From contig NC_135251.1 in NCBI RefSeq assembly GCF_964204865.1, positions 10,044,001 through 10,108,000 of the forward strand: 64,000 nt of DNA, written 5' to 3'. The notes beneath the pieces were generated by a model. The model searched no databases and was not told the origin of the DNA. It saw only the letters and a list, made by a program, of their open reading frames with translations. Within the stretch, counting starts at the first letter, position 1, and each line of letters starts with the position of its first letter. A program made the position numbers and the translations under genes. This document shows, in pieces, positions 50,602 to 64,000 of this stretch. This DNA is from Styela clava (taxonomy: Eukaryota).

Positions 50602-52359
50602 CTATAAAAGCACTTGGTTTGTGAATGAACCCTGTTTTAATCCTTCTATAACTACTTCATACTGTCTTTTCATGGCATTCATTTGAATTCGGCGATTTAT
50701 TTGTATTGCTGAAAAGTAACAAATAGGTTAAAAAAATTAACATTGAAAATTTCCGAGCATGCAAGTTTTAAAAAAGAATATATTTACGAAAAATTCATAA
50801 CATTTTTAATCATGGGAACTGGTCGGATGAAATAGTTTATATTGGTAAAAAGTAAAAATAGTCACATATTTTTATACATTGTTGCCTAGCAAGAAAATCT
50901 ATATTTGCAAAATGTAGAATAACATGAAAATAAAAGTCAGTCCTCAAACGATGATTTGATCTATATACTTATAATTCTTCAGTAAAAAAGTTTGAAATAA
51001 TAAATGGTTTCTAGAATTCAAGAACAAGTCTACAGAAATATTCTTCTCATTTAATATACAAATAAATCTTTTAATTTAATTTACCTCCAATCTGTATATT
51101 GTATTGGCTAAGGAACGATATAACCTGATCTGTGAAAGTAAAGAATTGGATTTATTGACATCAAAAGTCTTCCACCCCTTATCGAAAATTCTAACTTTAG
51201 TCTGTTTCATATTTTGTGTATATTGAGAAAAGGAAAAAACTAAGTTAGAACTATATCAAAACGCCTATCTAAGCGAAGAAGTCTATTTGCACAATTGATG
51301 AATTTGTTCCTAGAATAAGACCACAGTTATAATTTTGGATAAAATTTTTGCAATTACAAATTTATATTTTAACTTCTACATTTTAATAGATATAGAATTT
51401 TAATAATAACGATAATGATATATACTTACTTTCATATTATGCTAAATTTTAAATTATGTGAATTATATTGATATGTTTCATAAGGTGACATTAAAGATAA
51501 TATTGTCAACGTACAAATCACTGCAAGTTTCTGAGTGTATATAGGCAATGGTTCGTCACTCACCAAAATAGATACTAGATGAGACAAAAGCTGGTATGAT
51601 TACATTTGTAGACTCAAAACCTGCCACTCCAATCAAACTAGCTTCTGAAAGAGATGAAATAAAACATTGAAGTTAATGTAAAAAATTTAATGCATAGGAT
51701 AAAAACGAAACACTTAAAGTCAATATGGAAACATTTCAAATTTATCTGTAAACAAGCCGTGAAATATAAATCTATATATAAATTTGTTTATTTCTTTCAG
51801 TAGCAGTTTGAACCGTACTTACATTTGTCGCGGTATACAAGTCACATCTAACAAATGAGCATCTTTTATGAATGAATATGCTGTGACCACCCTCCTCACA
51901 ATATAGTAAGTTAACTAAATAATAAGCTTAGTATAGATTTGGAGAATCTATCAAGCACTGATTTGGATTACTGAATAATTCACAACAACATATTATAATA
52001 CAATTCACGAACCATGATAAATTTCCAAGTCGTCCAATGCCGCCATCAACGTGAGTGCACCTCCTGTTACAATGAAGTCTTCATAAATGAATATAAAATA
52101 ATAATCATTTGTTTTTTTAGGTACATGTATTCTCAACTTTTGTTTTTGCAAAGATGTAATTGAAGAAAATAAAAGTATCAAATTATAAATAGTTCAGATT
52201 GTATGAATTTTTTTAGAATCCTGATAAAATCTTTCAAAAATATGATTACAATTTATCTCATTGAGAATATGTCTTACCCGTCTTACCTACTGCAGACACC
52301 GACCCATGAGTGGTTGAATAAACTTGTAGAAGGCTCCAAATTAACAATAATATTATCAT
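50602..52359 (-). CDS. Family paralogue F: 123-aa secreted protein (tandem duplicate of E)
   Basis: Exons 52359-52287, 52078-52013, 51644-51564, 51129-51085, 50708-50602; all phase 1. MIILLLIWSLLQVYSTTHGSVSAV-DFIVTGGALTLMAALDDLEIYH-EASLIGVAGFESTNVIIPAFVSSSIYF-DQVISFLSQYNIQIG-AIQINRRIQMNAMKRQYEVVIEGLKQGSFTNQVLL*. The exon-2 acceptor could instead be 15 nt downstream (same frame). Confidence 0.85.
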
Positions 52360-55300
52360 GCTGAATGCCACATGCAGAAGAATTTTTCGATGGCAAGCAG
52401 CATAAAATTACTGATTACGTACGTATTTGGGATGCACATTAGAAGGCGACCCGGATGTGCGTTTTTCCGAACATATTTACAATGAGCTACGTACTCTTAC
52501 GAAATTATAGGAGTAGGTAATTATTCTGGGATTTGTAACCACATGATTTTAAATATTTCAGTAATATCAACTCGATACCTTGTCAGGGAATTGTTACCAG
52601 TAGGCACAATTTCATGATTCTAATCTCTATTTAGAGCTCAGAGCGTAGGGCAAAATCATCTATCGAAAATTTATATTTAAAATTATATTATATTTATATT
52701 TTTTTTTGATAAAACACTGTCTTGTATTTAATTAATCGGCTCCATTTTTTATAAAATATCGTTTAAACTGCATCTCAAACGAAGTTTTGTGCAATTCTTT
52801 TTATGTTATTTCAAATCAAAATTCCACAAAATTTGACCTCAATCAAAAGATTGATAAAACACTGCCCTTGTATTCATTTAATTGACTCGACTTCTATAAA
52901 ATATCATATGAAATGCATCAAGTTTTGTGTAAATATTTCATGTTATTTTTTTCGAAATAAAATACCAAAAAATTCAACCTCAATTAAAAATTAGAAAACC
53001 TCAGGTATAAAAAAGAACGAAGCCGCCGACGAGTAATAGGATCAGTTATTTTATCAAATATGTTTGCATTTGTCCGTAGTTTGTATTTCCCATTATGCAT
53101 TTACTCCGTGATCTATGTTTGGCTTTAGGACTACCATTTTGAACTAGTTTTTAAATTTCTGCTTTAAATCAAATAAAAATTAAGCACGAAGCGGCATATG
53201 CCGTAGCGACTATAGCTGAACTAGAATTGACTTGGTAAATCTTCTCGTTTGCAGTGCTTCACGTACACGCCATGCCTCAACAACTAAAACATAATAAAAG
53301 CAGTTGTAAAATCCAAAAAATAAATTTAATTTCAAAATATCTTTACGGACTTGCGCAACGCAAATCGGAATAAATATTTAGATATTTTATGGAAGGACTT
53401 GCGGATCCATTTGAAATCATTGCATTTCTTTCTGTATAATTCAACTGAACCAGACAAAAAAATAATAATAAAAACTCAATATCAATTTGAGATTGTTCCT
53501 ATAGCTGTGCTTCAATGTTCATCAGTAAATAAACGCTTCGTGTATATAGATTGTTTCATTCGCAAATAGAATGTTGTAATTAAATCTTAGTTTTTTAATC
53601 TAAAATATCGTGTATAGGATGCAAGTTTAAAATATCTAAAATATCGTGTATAGTATGCAAGTTTATTGTTAAGTCGGGTTTTGTTCCTATTTCTAATGTT
53701 TGACGAATAAAAATTCTGCTTTTTCACATTATGCAATGAATTTGTCGTATGTGCGGCCAGGTCACGCAGCAACATTTTTATTTTTCATCATTATAGATTA
53801 TGATATATCTTTCTGCTCGCCTGTTGTGGATATTGAAGTCTTTATATTAACTAAAATGCGACCACAAGTTCAATCATTTAATTTTTGCCTAACTAGGTTT
53901 ATTACAAGCTCAATCCACCAATGCTTTTCAATATCAATTATGTATGACTATAATTTTCAAATTGTTTGCAAAGCAATGAGTTTATTCAATTATTCGTTCT
54001 TCTAAAATCTGTTTGAAGGGAACACAAAATAGAAGGTTTATATCACAAAAATCCACCCACTGTTGGTTGTGCAATTTGCATTCAATCACTCAAGAAAATA
54101 ACAACATTTATTGCTTTACATTTAATAGTGTTGTACACGAACGTATATTTTGCAAAACAGGAGCATACGGACATCCTCAAAGCTAAATATAAAAAACCTA
54201 AACCTATTTTTTAATAAAAATTTGGTAGATTCATTTAGTTATATTGCGTAACAAAGCTTTGTCGCTTTGTCACCCACCCACACGATTTTCTTTCAGAAGG
54301 GGTAATTTGTAACTGAATAAACATTGGGTCTTCTGCTATCGCACCCACGCACTTTTTCTTATACTAGGTTGAGAACGATAATTATAAATCTAAACCCGAA
54401 ATAAGAAGAAAAAGGAATCCTCAAAGTTCATTTTGTCACATTTCACACAATTTCCTTTTAGGGAACTGAGTGGAAGGGAAAATTTTGTAACTAAATAAAC
54501 ACATACGCTCTTTTTTTATCAAGTTGAAAAACTGAAAATTCCGTCTATCCGAGATAAATAAGATATAAATTGTAAAATAATATATATCTTACAGATAGAG
54601 AAATATGTGTATGAACATTGCAACTTGTTATTTGATTTTTTTCATGCATTGCAATATTTTTAAAATTATCAAAAAATGTACTTGGAATTATTTTATTTGT
54701 TATTAAAAAAATGTACGCATTTTTACTTAAAATCTTTTACCTGTCCAAATATAATTTCAATTGTTTGTCGAATAATTATTTTCTGTCTGCACTGACGTAA
54801 ACTGCTTCGTGAAGAATCTGCGAAAAATCTGAAGTTTCATTAAATATTTTTTTGATAGATTAAGCAAACGTTTTTCATTGCAATATAATGTTTATTAAAA
54901 AGGGAATCTTATTTCATTAACTAATTTTATTTCAAAAAAGTTTGAATTCGTATTCGTATTGAAAACGCTCACATTAAATGCCCCAGTTTCACCAAGTAAT
55001 CAAATCTATCTTTAGTCATGAATTAATTGTTACGAAAATTGGTAAGTTCGGAATATAACAGCCATAAGCTGTAAACAAATTATATAATGTTAGCTTGAAT
55101 ATTCTTCGCGTTTTATTTCTGGAAATTTAAATAAAGAAGAAGACTTAATAAGAGTGCTTCCCATGCTTCGCTGGATATCTTATATGGTCATTTTTAAACT
55201 TTAATAAATTTAAATTACCAGCAAATTCTGGTAATAACGTTTATCTTTTTCATGAATACGCCCCCAGCACGCCCACGCATAAACAATTACTGACGAGAAG

Positions 55301-56199
55301 GAAATAAATATCTTGTTCAGCAAATGTGGATTTAGTATAAAGCACATACAGCAGTTTTGATTGAAAATATACGGAATGTAACGTACCATAATGGTCGTGG
55401 GTTGTAGTCTATACAGCTGACTCGGAAATGTGACATCCAATTTTCGAATTTTAAGTCAGTTTTTCGTTTATACAGAGCGTTTTTGGCTCTAAATTTGGGA
55501 TGGCTATAGCATACCTCATACATGGTGCCGAATTTTGAGAATTTTGGCTCATTTTTAGTTCTTTCATTTATGTTTAAATTAAAAACTGCGTGGAGTAAAA
55601 TTAATACACATGAGCGCGAGTCAATTATATTATCTACACAGAACGTTTTCGGCAATAATGTTTGGGTGTGGAGCATTCGATTTTATGTCAGTCCATAGTG
55701 TAAATATAATTTAGTAAAAAATGTAATCTCAAGTAATTAGTGATTTGTTGGCTGGACGCTGAAGATATTATTAAATCATGTTGTTTGCTCATAATTTACG
55801 TATGCTAAATGATTTAAAGATGGGCAATGCAGCAATATATCATGCAACATGGAGTTGCAATTGGAATATAGACCAGACCCGGGCCTTATGAGATTAAAAA
55901 GAGCAAGCGATGTTTCTTTCGTCAGACTTAAATTCAATTACATGAGGAACTGGTCGCCAAGTACAGCAGAAGCTTTTCAGCCCATTGATTTATTACTAGT
56001 ATCGAGTCTGATTGAGAGTTTGGAATAAATTATTTCCCCCGAACGCATCCCTGAGTGTAAAGATGGAGGATATATGTAACTTGTATAAAGCCGAGAATTT
56101 ACTCCCAGTTCGTTGTTTTGACCTTAATCGATTCAAGTGGATTCGCTTGAGCAATCGTAAATGTCCCGCTGAATTGGGAAGGATATAAAGAGCAAATAA

Positions 56200-56750
56200 A
56201 TGCAGCGAGCGACAAAAAGTCGTTCAGTGTTGAACAGAATGTCATACAGCGCTTAGTCTGTGTTATTGTATGGCCAATATGCTGTAGCCCATTGTATTAA
56301 CTTTTGTCTGTTTAACACAATTTATAAAGCACGTGCCCGATTTCCATAAATGTTGAGTATCAGGCACAGCTCTAGGTCGTTGTTGGGTAGCATAAAAAAT
56401 ATAGCACTCGGATGCAGCGAGTAACAAAGTTGTTAGCTGTTGGGTCAGAATGTCGAACAGTGCTTAGTGTGTGTTATGATATGGCCAATTTGCAGTGTCT
56501 CATTGTATTCACGTCAGTATGTTAGACTTATAAAGCGTATAAAACACGTTTGGGTAACGTTTTACAGTCCGATTTCCACAAATTTAGATATATAATTTGA
56601 GAATATCAGACATAGCTCTGCAGTGAGTAAAATAATTTATTCAGTGTTGAATCCAATTGTGCTTAGTCCGTGTTATGCCATGGTCAATCTGCAGTTTGTA
56701 TTCACGTGAGTCTGATAGACTTGGCGTATAAATCACGCTTGGGTAACGCT
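56200..56750. repeat. Diverged tandem repeat, three ~210-bp units
   Basis: TGCAG(C/T)GAG...GCTTAGT..GTGTTAT..(T/C)ATGG.CAAT.TGC...TTGTATT.AC recurs at ~56201, ~56414 and ~56619. Confidence 0.75.
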
Positions 56751-59700
56751 CTATTGTGCGTTTTGCACTAACATACATAGTATGGGAGGTAAGTGGCTAA
56801 AGCACGGCTTATATGTTGAAGTTCGGAATTGTAGCGTTAGTAGAAAAATCTGGCTGACACAGCGCGAATGGGTAATACCTTAATTTTTATTAATATAAAT
56901 ATAGATTATGGTAGCATATAGTTTAGGCACAAGGGTAGACTTTATCAGGTAGATACATGGAAATACAAGTTGAAATTTAGCGTGAGCAATGTACTTCCGA
57001 AACACTGTATGTTTTATTTATATTAAACTGGGCTCTGAGGTATACGAGTATGCTCATTCGGCAATCAGCAGTAATCAGTTCTTTACAAAAAAAAATGGGT
57101 GATTTATTTATTGAACCTGAAAACCCTCCCTCACAAGGTGTTAAAAGTATCAGCTCTGGTAGTAATAGCGGAACTAGGTGTAAGACGTTGGTATCAGCGG
57201 CGTATTTACATTGCGCTATTAAACATGATCAGTTCGGCCGTACTAAGTTTTAACAGATTTCAACTCTGGTACGACACTAATAGCTCAGCTTAGGCTAAAA
57301 CAGAAGTTGCTGGGATTGCCTGACAGATGACGAGTAACCACAATTTAATTTGAGGTCTATTGTGCCACAAATGGGAACATCTGAATGCGTGGGAGTGTTA
57401 CGCTGCTTGATATCTTTATTTCGGTGATGGGGAATTCCATTTGCCCCATTTGGTTTAAATGAGTTCAACAAAAGTTATTTGCAGAAGTCATGTCGGAAAG
57501 CGACTGCGTGGGATGTTGATTTAAACAACTCTAAACGTTGCGTTACCCTATCAAATTGCAGATTCTTTCGTACTTTTGCGAAGCTTTTTTTTTTTGAATT
57601 GTGGAGTGTATTCCAAATTTGCAAAATCCAAAATTTTCCTCACAAAGCCTTTGTATTATAGCAGTGCGTTTTATTAAGTAATTATAGAGTTGGTAATTAA
57701 ATTCTAAAGTTTGCAAACTCTGCTATTTTAATGAAAAGTAAAAATAATATGTGGAAAATATAACAACCCTGTGTTCGCATAGTCGTTATGGTTTTGAACT
57801 AATAACCCGTAACGCGAATGTAGTTTTTATATATATCATATGCAAAGATGCTACTTGTTATCTGGAAACAGCAGAATTTAACCAATTTAATACTCCGTGG
57901 ATGAGGGGCATAGGCTTAGAACCCGGTACTGTAACCTGCAATAGCAACACAGCCAAGTCTAACGCTTTAAAAGCTAATCCATCGCGCGACCTCATCGCTC
58001 CGCTAGTTCAGATTAATAGTTGCAATAATGTACGTAATTAGCTATACTAGAATTCATTTCCCAGTCGAGTATCGAAAGTGCGGATATAGCACTAATTTGA
58101 TACGTCCCATCCGTGATCTACCCTCGCGTTTCTAATCAAAACTTTTTTATCTCACTTATAATTGGATCGCGACGTTATTAGATTACACACTCACTTAAAT
58201 AAACAAAATTATTTTCGCTTGAATCTTTTGGGCAACTATCGAAACTGTATTCAATAATGATATTATCTCACGGGGTTAGGTTTGATTCATCAGTGTGAAT
58301 CACCGCTTTAATTTAGGCATGTCGAATAGACTATAATTAAATTTTAAGTTCTATTTGGAGCAAGTCAAAATTAGCCTGTCAATGTATTTAAAATTCAGGT
58401 AGAAGTAAAAAAGGTTTTTATTTGTTGTTTGATTAAGTTATATGTTTGTTAAGTTATTAAGTTCTGTGTCTGCAGAAGTTAGAATATGATTTAAACAAGC
58501 TTGTTTATATACTTAATATTACGTATAGAGATTATGTTGTTCCTATTTGCCACCTTATCAATACTACCTCTTTCAAGCATCCTTGTGTCAACTGACACAT
58601 ATTGATCGAAGTAGGAATTAGACAAGGACTGTTTCATTACATTTGGACCCACGTACATTTGAACCCATAGTAATGGCATCTGCATACTATTGCACCTATG
58701 GATTTTTTGTTTTGTTTTACGGATATTTAAACCCATACTCTCCCCAACCCGTGGGTTTTAGCACCCGCATATAGATTGAACCCGCTGATATACGCATGGG
58801 TTCAAATGTACAGTCACCGACAAGGAGAGCCTGCAGTTCAATTTACAATATTACTCCCCGTGTCTGCTAAAAAATAAGTAAAAATTACTAAAACTCTTCA
58901 AAAATATTTGCCATCTGGCATTGATATAAATTATGAAGAATAAAAATATAGTTATGACCTGATTTCATTGTCTTCTTGTGTATTTACCAAGCAACTAACT
59001 GCCGACTTTTACTTGGTCGGAATTCGTATTACAAAAAATCCCTCATCAAATATTTCAATTCTCCTGGGTTCAATTTATCAATCATTTGAGGTTTTGTAAA
59101 CACTTAATATTTGACTTTTTACATATTTTCATTCACACAGCATTCCATTGAATTCTCTTGAGAGAAATCTACATGTCATGCCTAATTACAATAGCGGAAA
59201 AATACCCTACGTTTTACAAAATTTTATGAACAGTGAGATATATTTTATTTTTACTTTTTCATTTACTGTAAAAATACATTCAGGCTTTTGTGCTAAATTT
59301 CTCTTTCTGATGTTTACCAAGAAACACACCCAGCCTGGCGGGTGGCGGATCCTGCTAAGCAAAAAGAATAAATACGCTTAGGGTGGTATACATAACCGGC
59401 CAGGTTTCCGCTTCCTTCGCCATAAAATTTGTACATTTGAAAGGAATAACTAGCTAAATAATCTTCTACGACATGGAGTGGTGATAGTGCGACAAGACGT
59501 GGTTCGCCATATGATTAAGCCGTCTTATCGGCTTTCCTTTTTCCTGGGGTAAATATGAAAGTCATATCCTGAGAAAGGATACTCGAATGGGATTTTCAAA
59601 TCATGTACTATTTTTATTCAAATTAAATCGTCTATTTAAATTCTTAGACGAAGTCTTATCTGTGCGACATGTTATTGGTGAAACTATGAATCGATAAACA

Positions 59701-59814
59701 TGCAGTAAGTAGAGCAATCGTAATAATAGACTACATAGATACGTTGTTCATCTGAAAACTTACCTAATTTTACCAAATATTCAATTCTCAAAGAACTGTT
59801 TTGGTCTCCTCTGG

Positions 59815-60014
59815 CAGGGGCATAGCCAGGGATTTTCGAGGGGATTCTGATATTTGTAATTGCCAAGTTAAACCGAAACAGCTCGCGGGTCCAGCCGGGA
59901 AAATGTGGGTTTTCAGAATACTTGAGAGATTGTAAAGAGTTTCAAGCTGCTAAAACTGGTTCTTTATTGCATTTCAAAAGAGGGCCGCAAAGCCACACCC
60001 ATGGGTACGCCCCT
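59815..60014. mobile_element. Degenerate ~200-bp MITE
   Basis: Imperfect TIRs AGGGGCATAGCCAGGG / CCCATGGGTACGCCCCT. No clear TSD. Confidence 0.4.
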
Positions 60015-63000
60015 AATAAAACACCAATAATTTAGAATTCAGATTTACACGGGGTATACTATTATTTTTGTTGCTAATTCAGCGTGGGCTCTATCATTAC
60101 ATGTCGCCTCATAATTTTCAATAATCTATTTGAGTTATCCCTAGGTAGGATTAAGAAAATTAAGTGTTCATGCCTTGAGATATATCTTACGCTATAGTAA
60201 TGTAGACCTCACGATAAAGCAGTACCTATTTTTTTATTCCTCCCAGAAAAATTTAATGTGAACTTCTCTATGTCATTGCCTAATTAACTTCAATTGGCAG
60301 AAAGTGCCTTTGTCTTCGCATCCGTGCGACCTTGCAAATTGGTAAGTTAATCCTTAGCATAAGCGACCCTCAACCAACAAAGAGAACCAATAAAAAAAAA
60401 CAAAGGAAATTTTATAGGCGTAACTAATTAGAGAACTAATAAACAAACTTAGCGGTGGTTGAATACCAGTTAATTAAGATAAAGTTACGCTTACATATAT
60501 TTATGTTATTAAAAAAAGCGTTCTAAAATGCAGGTACTGTCGGATGGTTCAATCTATTCCGGTTGGTTTACAACTGTACAGTATAGAAATTCCCCTTATT
60601 TTACCAATTTTATCACTACAAAGCCTACCCAAAATGACGCATCGATATCCCAGCGGGAATCCGCATTAGGACCGTGGTGACGGGTCATGATGGCTTCAGT
60701 ACAAATAGGTCACTCTTCGCGTCAGAAATGGCATTCGCGAGGACGATAAACAAAGAGGGTAGACTAACATTTTTAATAAACATAGATATATTATTAATTC
60801 TTGTTATAAGGATATTATAAGAAAGAGAGGATGGATAATTGTCTAAGTGCAAATATGTAGATATGTGCAAGTAAATTATATAGCGAGTAGTAAATTTACA
60901 TCTTCTTGTCAAACAAGCTAATTAGCCCTAAGTCAAACTACAGAGTTTGCGGATTACAATCCAAATTTCCATAGCTGTGTTGTTATGGCGTTGTTTACCC
61001 CTGATTTGTCTTTGCATATGAACGCTCATGGCTATGCGTTTGCGTTAGAGGGTATTATTTTGGAAAAGGTATGTCACACCTTGAAATTGACAACTGCTAT
61101 ATTAAGGAGAATTTGTACCTGCGAACGTATAATACAAAAGTTGTCAACATCTCATTGTTTTCTGTCTGACAGTTTTTCGTTTGGCAATTTTTTTTCATTT
61201 TCCATTTGATAATTGTGGTTTTGAGTACACGATGGAAGGCAGAGGAAACATCACCATGAACTTGATATAAAGGTTAGCGAGTATATTATTTGAATGAGAG
61301 GCTATTTGTTCGTGCGAAAACCATTTTCGCGATCTACTGATGTTAAGCCTAATTCTTTTCAAACTTGGATAAGATTCGGTAAAAATTTGTAGATTAGATT
61401 GGTGATGTAAACATAACTGACTTACTAATTTCATACCCGACATGGGCGACTTTCTTATAAGCAACTGGTTGAAGTAATCATACGGAAGCATTAAAAATTA
61501 AGTTTAATCAACAATTCATTTCGTGAAAATTTCTCTTTCCGCCAACTCATCAAACATCCGACAGACGTTTACCGAACTCGACTTGCTTTATTTATCATTT
61601 TTTGTTTCTTTGAATTAGATTCCCATTTTTAATAGTATTATAGTATCACGTGAAAGAACTGTAAGACTCTCGATATTCATGGTTGTCAGAGCAAATCTGC
61701 TGGCATTTTTATAACGTTCTATTGAGGCATTTCAAATTAGCGTTGTGGGTAAAAAAAAGTTCATTCTTTGTTTGAATCATGAACTTAGTAAATAGTGAAC
61801 TTCATGAATCATTCTCAAATACAGCAAATTGATTCGGTTCACTTTTAATGTTTTAAATCATCTGCAGTTAATCAAGCAAAGTGCATTAGGGGAACGTATA
61901 AATTTCAATGTTTAAAATACCAAACTTCATAAATATATAGGAAAAGTTGTTGCAGACGGGTGCTGAAGCATAATGTAAATTAACAACGGAAATTCATCAA
62001 TTTTTCAAGAACAACAACAGGAACGCCATGGAACGATTGTTATTCTCCGTTTTAAAAATACTCCGTATATTAAATATAATTTCAAGATGACTGTTATCAA
62101 AAATCTTTTGCCTTATAATCAGAGATATTCGCTCAACACTTGATAGCTGAGTTCGATTACATTGAAATTTACACATAGACTAATTCAAATACTTGCTGAG
62201 AGTATTAGTTTTCTGCTTTCCCAAATACTTATTCTGTGCTTACAAAAACTTGGAATTTACATGCCATATATATTCAATGACTCTCGTAAGTTACACTTGT
62301 CTATATACTTACTTATAAATTCCACTGAAATATTTGGTTTTTAGCATACCTCGAACAAGACCCGTGTTTCCACCGTGAATAATTTATGCCTTTAGACGGT
62401 AATATTTACAATCTTTCTCGAAGCGTTCAAGCACGAAACGCACGTATTTTGTTGAGTGGCACGTGCAATATTTTCTTGAAATATCGCCATTGTGCTGGTA
62501 CGGCCTCGGTAATAAATCTTATAAGAAATAAATTTTCAAACTTGACTGAGCATAGATACTCTGATATTTTTCAATTCAATGTTTTGATGTTACTAAACTT
62601 TTTTCTAATAAACAGGCCATTAAACCGCGGGTGCATCTTACAAAAGCTTTGTTAAGCGCTGAATCTTGTTTATTTGCGACACAAAAGCCTTGAAAAACTT
62701 TTCAAAACATCTGTAAATAGTATGTCGAATGATAACAAATTTTACTTTATTTCCAGAAGTAATAATTTCTGTGCTGTAACTGTATTTTATTTTTAATATC
62801 CAATACGTTTTTATTTCCAAACTCACAGCTGAAATATTTTGCGTCTCAAATTTACCCTTATTTCTTAAAATTATATAAATGCAAAATTGTACCTAGCTTG
62901 GACAAAATTCATCTATTACAAAAATTCCTGAAGCCATAATAGTCATATTTTAGTTTCTAATTGATTTGTATTCACAAAATTACAGTTAATTTAACCTCTT

Positions 63001-64000
63001 CAAAAAAATCAGCTATTTCCATACAAATCGCCTAAAAATATAAGAGTGTAAAATAAAACATGTGTATACCTAGCTCAAATGAAATATAATTGTTTCTCTA
63101 CTTGCTGGCATATTTTGTTCATGAGAGTAGATAATTTCCATCAAAAATTCCTGAGGGTTTTTCAATGCGTATAGCTTTAGCGTATGTGCGCTCAAGAAAC
63201 GGGAATACATTCAAGCATTGAAAATCATAAATTTTAAAGCCAATATTTCAAAACCGAGAACGAATCTAATTCTAGTTTGAACTTTTACTTCCCATCTGAT
63301 GTTTTTCCGATTATCGAGAACTCGCAATTTGTTTTTGTTCTTTGAAAAACCTCTTTATCCCAGACCACAATAATCATCCCTTTTTAGTTTAGTAGACTAA
63401 TTATTTCTGCGCGGAAAGTCGGGTTTGACATTTCAAATCGATTTCCGTGATGTAAAATACATTTTGGAATTCTGGCATTGATTTTTAGGGAAACAGGTTA
63501 GACTGTTTGTTCAATTAGTAAATTATTTATTCATTTCAAATAGACTTATTTTTTCGAAGACTGTTTGAAGTAACGGTGAATTTGTGACAAGGCCAAGACT
63601 GCACTCTTAACTTAAAGCCTCAATTATGAACGGAAAGCATCGGGAATTCCCTAACCGATCAGTTTTCTAACTTTAACTGGTATGCGAACTTCTAAATATT
63701 TGTAGGAATCCACGTAATAATTTGATCAATTTCATTTTTATATATTATGACCTGCATTTGAAATTTTCATTCCAATTTAAATTATTATATTCAGGCTTTC
63801 TGAATTGACCTTTACTCTAACAACGCTTCCACGTCGGGTCACTGAAAATTTTGACTGAATCATCAAATGTATATAGAAAAATAGAAATAAATAAACACAC
63901 TTACACTCTTGTAAACTCAGATATATAAGTCGTACGGATAACATTTCATTGTCGTTTTTGTCATTGTCGAAAAAAATTTTCGTCCATTTTGATTGAAATG

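Noticed and set aside
53100-64000. Short ORFs in the last 11 kb
   Set aside because: They have AT-rich random composition, no recognisable motifs and no consistent exon chain. Small exons could still have been missed by eye.

Overview
AT-rich eukaryotic (animal) genomic DNA, with short GT-AG introns and many DNA-transposon relics. The lectin architecture suggests a marine invertebrate, probably a tunicate (inference only). The ORF track misses almost all real genes because the exons are 16-224 nt. Manual splicing shows three things. (1) A cluster of at least seven paralogues plus two orphan exons of a family I do not recognise. They are five-exon genes with only phase-1 introns, encoding ~110-130 aa secreted proteins: signal peptide, variable exons 2-4, and a conserved exon-5 motif '[AI]-[QRK]-x-N-R-x5-A-M/R-x-x-Q'. 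A shared CGGAAA promoter motif lies ~96-110 bp upstream of the ATG. Four copies are intact and three carry single disabling lesions. (2) A six-exon C-type-lectin-domain gene with a 16-nt micro-exon and a GT>AT donor mutation. (3) Minus-strand exons encoding one four-Cys module each. Non-coding structure includes a hierarchical 1.25-kb satellite, two tRNA-derived Pol III heads fused to strand-biased patchwork repeats, three DINE-1/Helentron-type (HINE) elements, several hAT elements with 8-bp TSDs, a 6-bp-TSD MITE with a paralogous empty site, and a Penelope-like RT relic. 53.1-64 kb looks like ordinary intergenic DNA with TE debris.
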